Source: Lentisphaeria bacterium
GTDB taxonomy: Bacteria; Verrucomicrobiota; Lentisphaeria; JABSQK01; JAWLHB01
DNA: 64,000 nt
Assembly (NCBI GenBank): GCA_041690595.1
Contig: JAWLHB010000001.1
Span: forward strand, 124,001 to 188,000
Direction of reading: 5' to 3'
Positions 59,280 through 64,000 of the stretch are shown here, in pieces; positions within the stretch are counted from its first letter, which is position 1, and each line of letters starts with the position of its first letter. The notes below the pieces were generated by a model that did no database searches, had not been told where the DNA came from, and saw only the letters and a program-made list of their open reading frames with translations. The translations under genes were made by a program, and so were the position numbers.

Positions 59280-60231
59280 TGAACACCTCGTGATGGTTGC
59301 GGAGCGAGCCATCGGACTCGATGAAGGCCATGTAGCCGGCGTTGCTCATGGGGCCGTATTCCGGGCGGTGGCCGTCGGCGACCAGGGTGTGGTGCAGGAG
59401 GTGGACCAGGAAGCCAATCCCACGCTCATGGAACGCCCCCAGCTCGACCTTCAGCACTTCCGCTCGCTTGGCGTCGTCCATCGCCCCCCAGCCGGTCTCG
59501 GTCACCAGTGCCGGCTTGCCGGTGGTATTGATAAAGGCCACGGTTTCGTCCAGGTCGTGCAGAAAGCGCTCGGGCGTCTTGATCCAGGCATTCCAAGCAT
59601 AGTAGGGGTGCCAGGTGATCACGTCGCAAAGCGGTTCGAGCATCTGAATCTGCGATAGCATGGGAATCGCGCCAATGCAGACCGGGGCGGCGGCCCCCTG
59701 GCCGCGAACCAGCGCTCCCATACGTTCGAGCCAGGCAAGGATCGCGGCCTGGTCGTCCGGCGAGCGCGTACTGTTCATCGGTTCGTTGCACAGATCCCAC
59801 AGCAGGACGCGCGGGTCGTCTGCGTGCGCGCTGACCACGGCCTCCACATAGGGGGTGAAGACATCCGTCGCGGTCGTCGTGCCAACCCAGTCGCCGACCT
59901 GCTCGCGGGTGATGCCGCCGAACGGTGGCCAACTATGCCAGCCGTTGAACAGCGTGACCACGAACTTCAGGCCCAGCGCGTCGCCGGCCGCCAGCATGGC
60001 TTCCAGCCGCGGCAGAAAGGCGTCCGCGCCGTAGCGCAGGAAGGCCTGGTGCGAGAGCCAGATGCGCAGGGTGTTGATGCCGGGAAAGTACGTCTTGCCG
60101 CGCCCCATTTCGGTGGCCACCAGGGCGGCGTCGAAGGCCGGCCCGAAGGTCTCCAGACCGCAACTGCCCCAACTCGGCTGATAGTTGAAGCCGCGGATGT
60201 GCTGGCAGGTCCGATTATCGATGGTTATCAT
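59269..60231 (-). CDS. GH5/clan-A-like glycoside hydrolase (copy 2)
   Basis: Same motifs as 55385-56344 (RGFNYQP, WDLCNEP, VTETG). Confidence 0.8.
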   Translation of the reverse strand: MITIDNRTCQHIRGFNYQPSWGSCGLETFGPAFDAALVATEMGRGKTYFPGINTLRIWLSHQAFLRYGADAFLPRLEAMLAAGDALGLKFVVTLFNGWHSWPPFGGITREQVGDWVGTTTATDVFTPYVEAVVSAHADDPRVLLWDLCNEPMNSTRSPDDQAAILAWLERMGALVRGQGAAAPVCIGAIPMLSQIQMLEPLCDVITWHPYYAWNAWIKTPERFLHDLDETVAFINTTGKPALVTETGWGAMDDAKRAEVLKVELGAFHERGIGFLVHLLHHTLVADGHRPEYGPMSNAGYMAFIESDGSLRNHHEVFNAF

Positions 60232-60305
60232 CAATTGTATCCTCGTTCAAGACCGATTCAGGTTCAGGACAAAAAACTATTCCATCTCATCATTCACTCA
60301 AGTGA

Positions 60306-61694
60306 TCATTCTACCGCTGTGTAACCTGCATTCCGGTATTCCGGATCGGCTTGAGCCCCGTGACCAAGCTGAGCCAGACGGATGCGGAATTGGGCCATGA
60401 CATCAGCGTACCTGGACACGGATGCGAGATTGCGGGTCTCCCCCGGGTCACGTTCCAGATCGAACAAGACCTCCGGGCCGTCGTCACCGTAGTATTGGTA
60501 CTTGAGGGCGTCCTGTTTGATCATCACATGGCTGGCATTCATCTGGGAAATGGACTCGTTCTTCCAGCCTGCCACGTCGCCGTGGAGCAGCGGGACCAGG
60601 CTGCGGCTGTCCAGACCCTCTGGGATCTCCAGATCGGCCAGGTGGCAAAGCGTGGCAAACAGATCGCAGAGGTTGACATTCTCGGTGACCACACGTCCAC
60701 CGTCAAAGCCCTTCGGCCAGCGGATGATCAACGGCACGCGAACGCTGGCTTCGTAAAACCTGGTCTTCTCCCAGATGCCATGCTCGCCGAGCATGTCGCC
60801 ATGGTCGCTGGTATAGACGATGATCCAGTCATCCAGATTCTCGCCCAGATCTTCCAGTTTGTCCAGGATACGGCCGAAGCTGCCGTCGGCAGCGTCGATC
60901 ATCCCATAGTAGGCGGCGGTGGCATTGCGAATCTGCGCCTCGGTCACGTTGACCGGCTTTCCCTGCTGGCTTTGGGACAGGACGGGATGACCGCATGGCT
61001 CCTCAACGAAGAGCGGTACGCGGTCACGGTAGTAGGCAAAGCGCTCGGGATCGGTGAAGAAGGGGTAATGCGGCTGGAGCAGGCTGAGCTTGAAGAGGAG
61101 CGGGCGGTGTGACTGCGGGCGGCGGAAATCGGCATCCCGGAAGTAGCGCTCGAGATAGTGCAGTGCGGACTCGGTCGCCGTGCGGTCGAATGTCTGCAAC
61201 GGGCCGTCGTGCGCCAGCGGACGGGCTTCCTCGATCTCACGCTGGTTCGACCATTTACCGGTGCCTGGAGCGGGGCGGTAGCGGGCAAACTCACTGTCGA
61301 TCCTGTCCTCGATATAAGCGTCGCTTATCTCGACGTCGCCACCCACGCGGGTACGCCAGCCCTGCATCTGGTCCTGCCCAAGGTGATGCAGCTTGCCCGA
61401 ACAGGTGGTGTGATAGGCATAGCGGGCAAATTCACGGGCGAAGGTTCGGTAGCCGGTGCGCAGATCGATCCAGCCTTCGCACCCGCACGTTTTGGGCAGT
61501 TGCCCGCTCATCATGCACTGGCGGGCCGGCACACATATGGGCGACGGCGTGTAGGCATTGTTGAACACTACCCCGGTTTCAGCCAAGCGGTCCAGCGTCG
61601 GCGTACGGATTACATCGTTTCCGGCGAACCCGGCTACATCGGCGCGGTGCTCGTCGCACATCAGGAACAGGATATTGGGGCGCCTTTTTGTCAT
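60306..61694 (-). CDS. Cys-type sulfatase (choline-sulfatase-like subfamily)
   Basis: PNILFLMCDEHR, PICVPAR, GKLH, SDHGD, WEK..FYE.SVRVP. Confidence 0.9.
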   Translation of the reverse strand: MTKRRPNILFLMCDEHRADVAGFAGNDVIRTPTLDRLAETGVVFNNAYTPSPICVPARQCMMSGQLPKTCGCEGWIDLRTGYRTFAREFARYAYHTTCSGKLHHLGQDQMQGWRTRVGGDVEISDAYIEDRIDSEFARYRPAPGTGKWSNQREIEEARPLAHDGPLQTFDRTATESALHYLERYFRDADFRRPQSHRPLLFKLSLLQPHYPFFTDPERFAYYRDRVPLFVEEPCGHPVLSQSQQGKPVNVTEAQIRNATAAYYGMIDAADGSFGRILDKLEDLGENLDDWIIVYTSDHGDMLGEHGIWEKTRFYEASVRVPLIIRWPKGFDGGRVVTENVNLCDLFATLCHLADLEIPEGLDSRSLVPLLHGDVAGWKNESISQMNASHVMIKQDALKYQYYGDDGPEVLFDLERDPGETRNLASVSRYADVMAQFRIRLAQLGHGAQADPEYRNAGYTAVE

Positions 61695-61714
61695 TGTCTG
61701 TCCTTTACTTTTCT

Positions 61715-62038
61715 TCATAACCAACTTGAAACTACGTAGCTCGATTCTACCTCCTCACATTCGTACACCATGGCGGCGTTGGCAAACGCGGCATTGGGCT
61801 TTGTGGGCTTTGGCACCCGGTCGTCGGCGAACGGCAGCTGCGCCCCGGGCTTATCGCCCCAATCGCGCATCCGGGCGCTCACGGCATCGATGCCCGGCGC
61901 GTGGCCCCCCGCCAGCGCGCAGGCATAGGCATCCACCAGGAGTCGCGCAGCCGCGTCGTAGGCTGCCTCGGGAATATCGGCGGCACCAATCCCGAAGATC
62001 TGGTCCGTGAGCTGGCGGGAATAGGATGGAGAGGTCAC
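61715..62038 (-). pseudogene. Truncated MmgE/PrpD family gene (N-terminal ~90 aa)
   Basis: A..LLVD.YACALAG...AAFANAAM then abrupt loss of homology; GTGA overlap with upstream lyase. Confidence 0.7.
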
Positions 62039-63549
62039 GAGGCTTCTCCACTTTGTGCATGTCTCTCAAGTGCGCGGATGGCACGGTCCACCTTGTCACG
62101 CCGAGCTTGTTGGCGGGCTTCCGCTTCTGCCATAGTCGTCTCGCGCTTCTTGAGCAAACGCAGCGTCTCTTCGGGCGCAGCGCCGCCAAGGTGGGTATGG
62201 GTCTTCAGGAATTCCTCGGGATCGAGCTGTCGGCGGACGATTTCGGTCGAGAGTCCCGGCTTTCTGACATCCAGGTATGTCGCTGCCTCATCGAGCATCT
62301 CCCCGGTACACTCGAAGCTCTTCAGTGCCTTTTCCCGTGCCTGCCGAATCATGGTGGCAACGATGCTGTGAGCGAGTCTGCCGCCATAGCCCTCTTCCCG
62401 GATCAGGTAGCTGGCCAGTTCGGTGGCGCAACTGTAGCCTGAGCGCACGATGCGCTTCATCCGCTCTTTCTGCGGGTGCATGTGCTTCAGGTTCAGTTCG
62501 AAACGACGGATTGCCAGCCGGGCCTGCTTGAAGACTTCAGGTACGGTTTGGAACGGCATCCAGGCCGCGGGAAGGACATCGCCATGGAATTCGCCCTTGA
62601 GCTGCATGACGCATTTGAAGGTATCGCCGATCACATTCGAGCAGTCCACCCTGACCTGCTCGAAGTGGGACGCACTGTCACACTTCTGTGGCATGAAAGA
62701 ACTCATGCCACAGTAGCCCGGCTCCATTCGGAACATGTCAATCTCATCCATGCAGAAGATGTAGAAGTTGGTGCTCCAGCGGCTGATGTGCAGGGCCAGG
62801 TTCGAGAGTGCGAACAGCACGGCATAGCTGTGGTCCTGGGTTGCTTCGCAGTCGTAGGTTGCCTCGAGCACACCGTCCATGCCGAGCAGATCCGCCATAA
62901 GCTGCCGGTCGACGCTCCAGGTCGTGCCCGAGGTGGAGCCACATCCGCCGGAATTCTGGTTTACCAGGTGATAGCCATGTTCAAGCTGAACCAGCGACCG
63001 GTCAATGCAGTCAAATACCGAAACCAGCATGTGGGCCAAGGTCATGGGCTGCCCATGATTCATGTGGGTATGTGCTACCATCAGCGCGTCGAGATTCTCA
63101 AGGGCCATCCCATGAACGGTGCCCATCAGTGACAACACATCCTCGAACAGCTCCAGGATGGAGTTGCGCATCTTGAGCCTGGACATGGGCTCCTGAAGCG
63201 TACGCCCATAGTTGATCGTGCTGGCCAGATCCATGTTGTTGTCGAGGGTTTTCAGAACACGCTCCTCCCCGGAAGGCCCGGCAGGATTGTGCCAATTTTC
63301 CCAAAGCGCCTTCAGGAGCTTGGCGGCGGTTTCTTCGTCAATCTCTCCGCCTCGGTACAGGCAAATGACCCAGGCGACATCACACTGGGACGCCTCAGGA
63401 ACTCGACCGTCGAACACGGAGCACGTCGTTTCGACTTCGCCCATCTCCCGGTAGTACAACGGCGGCGAGCCCATTGCATGGAAGCGGTGATCGGTGCGAC
63501 GGCTGTACGCGTCGTCAATAAACTGTTCCATTCCAATGAAGTCTTTCAT
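62035..63549 (-). CDS. Argininosuccinate-lyase-like (aspartase/fumarase superfamily) lyase
   Basis: HTHMNHGQP, SSFMPQK signature, R.AH.IV; real start at ATG 63549 with AAGGAG RBS. Confidence 0.82.
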   Translation of the reverse strand: MKDFIGMEQFIDDAYSRRTDHRFHAMGSPPLYYREMGEVETTCSVFDGRVPEASQCDVAWVICLYRGGEIDEETAAKLLKALWENWHNPAGPSGEERVLKTLDNNMDLASTINYGRTLQEPMSRLKMRNSILELFEDVLSLMGTVHGMALENLDALMVAHTHMNHGQPMTLAHMLVSVFDCIDRSLVQLEHGYHLVNQNSGGCGSTSGTTWSVDRQLMADLLGMDGVLEATYDCEATQDHSYAVLFALSNLALHISRWSTNFYIFCMDEIDMFRMEPGYCGMSSFMPQKCDSASHFEQVRVDCSNVIGDTFKCVMQLKGEFHGDVLPAAWMPFQTVPEVFKQARLAIRRFELNLKHMHPQKERMKRIVRSGYSCATELASYLIREEGYGGRLAHSIVATMIRQAREKALKSFECTGEMLDEAATYLDVRKPGLSTEIVRRQLDPEEFLKTHTHLGGAAPEETLRLLKKRETTMAEAEARQQARRDKVDRAIRALERHAQSGEAS

Positions 63550-63803
63550 CTCTTCTCCTTCGATATCGGTATGTATTGCGGCTCTCGGTGCCATGCCGCC
63601 AGGGCGTCTCGCAGACTGCAGGCCACCGATGACGCGTAGGCGTTGCGGAAGGCCACGCCGCCCGCGGCCAGCCGCTCGACGTTCGTCATCGGCACCGGAC
63701 CGCCGTAAAGCCGCATCACGCGAGGGGTCAGTTGGTCGCAGAGGAAGAGCAGGATGTTCGGTCTCTCGTTCGCCTGCTGGACGTTGTCGGGTTCGGCGGG
63801 CAT
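63546..63803 (-). pseudogene. Internally deleted sulfatase remnant
   Basis: RPNILLFLCDQ...YASSVAC near-identical to the 59279 gene, then jumps to a C-terminal-like LRDALAAW. Confidence 0.8.
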
Positions 63804-63820
63804 GGCTCTTTTCTCCATAA

Positions 63821-64000
63821 TCACGCGTGTGAAATCTGTTCCGGGTGTTTGCATTCGGTTGCCAGTATGGCGTCGAGGAGCTGCGCCCGCATCGTTGACA
63901 GGTCACTGCCGGGGTTGGTGGCGGCGACCAGATTCGTGCATTCCTCCGGGTCATGCCGAAGGTCGGTCAGTTCCTCCGCGCCATCCTGATAGCGGACGTA
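63821..64000 (-). CDS. C-terminal end of a sulfatase entering from beyond the window
   Basis: Manual translation YVRYQDGAEELTDLRHDPEECTNLV...*. Confidence 0.8.
   Translation of the reverse strand, partial: YVRYQDGAEELTDLRHDPEECTNLVAATNPGSDLSTMRAQLLDAILATECKHPEQISHA

Noticed and set aside
62035..63549. argH call
   Set aside because: Divergent signature and catabolic context with no arg genes
63550..63954. 135-aa N-terminal extension of the ASL-like ORF
   Set aside because: Overlaps the sulfatase remnant and sulfatase C-terminus in other frames; a good RBS precedes ATG 63549

Overview
High-GC bacterial chromosome segment that looks like Lentisphaerota/PVC. The inference rests on two DUF1559-type prepilin/H-X9-DG proteins, GntR-LacI regulators, many sulfatases and orphan CAZyme-like genes. 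Layout: (1) 1-13.0 kb, a divergent GntR/prepilin glycan-utilisation-like locus. (2) 13.1-19.3 kb, Gfo oxidoreductase, AraC, a MocD-like desaturase-fold protein and a head-to-head pair of spore-photoproduct-lyase-like radical SAM paralogs. (3) 19.4-27.4 kb, an anaerobic redox block (NfnAB, ferredoxin, DHOD-like, PFOR, ferritin-like). (4) 27.4-28.2 kb, a repeat-rich intergenic region. (5) 28.2-39.1 kb, an AraC-linked sugar-catabolic cluster (3 Gfo, TIM barrel, Thr-type sulfatase-like, sulfotransferase-like, HD, class II aldolase, GH42-like). (6) 39.1-48.3 kb, a second GntR/prepilin locus with twin DUF4091/GH123-like genes and a URO-D-like gene. (7) 48.4-54 kb, cassette-like small genes, a large lyase, a REP-like element and a duplicated promoter. 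(8) 54-64 kb, a sulfatase/glycosidase operon under rearrangement, with a sulfatase-beta-helix fusion, an ASL-like lyase and two gene remnants. No rRNA, tRNA, CRISPR-cas or intact transposase was seen. All calls come from motif recognition by eye, with no database searches.
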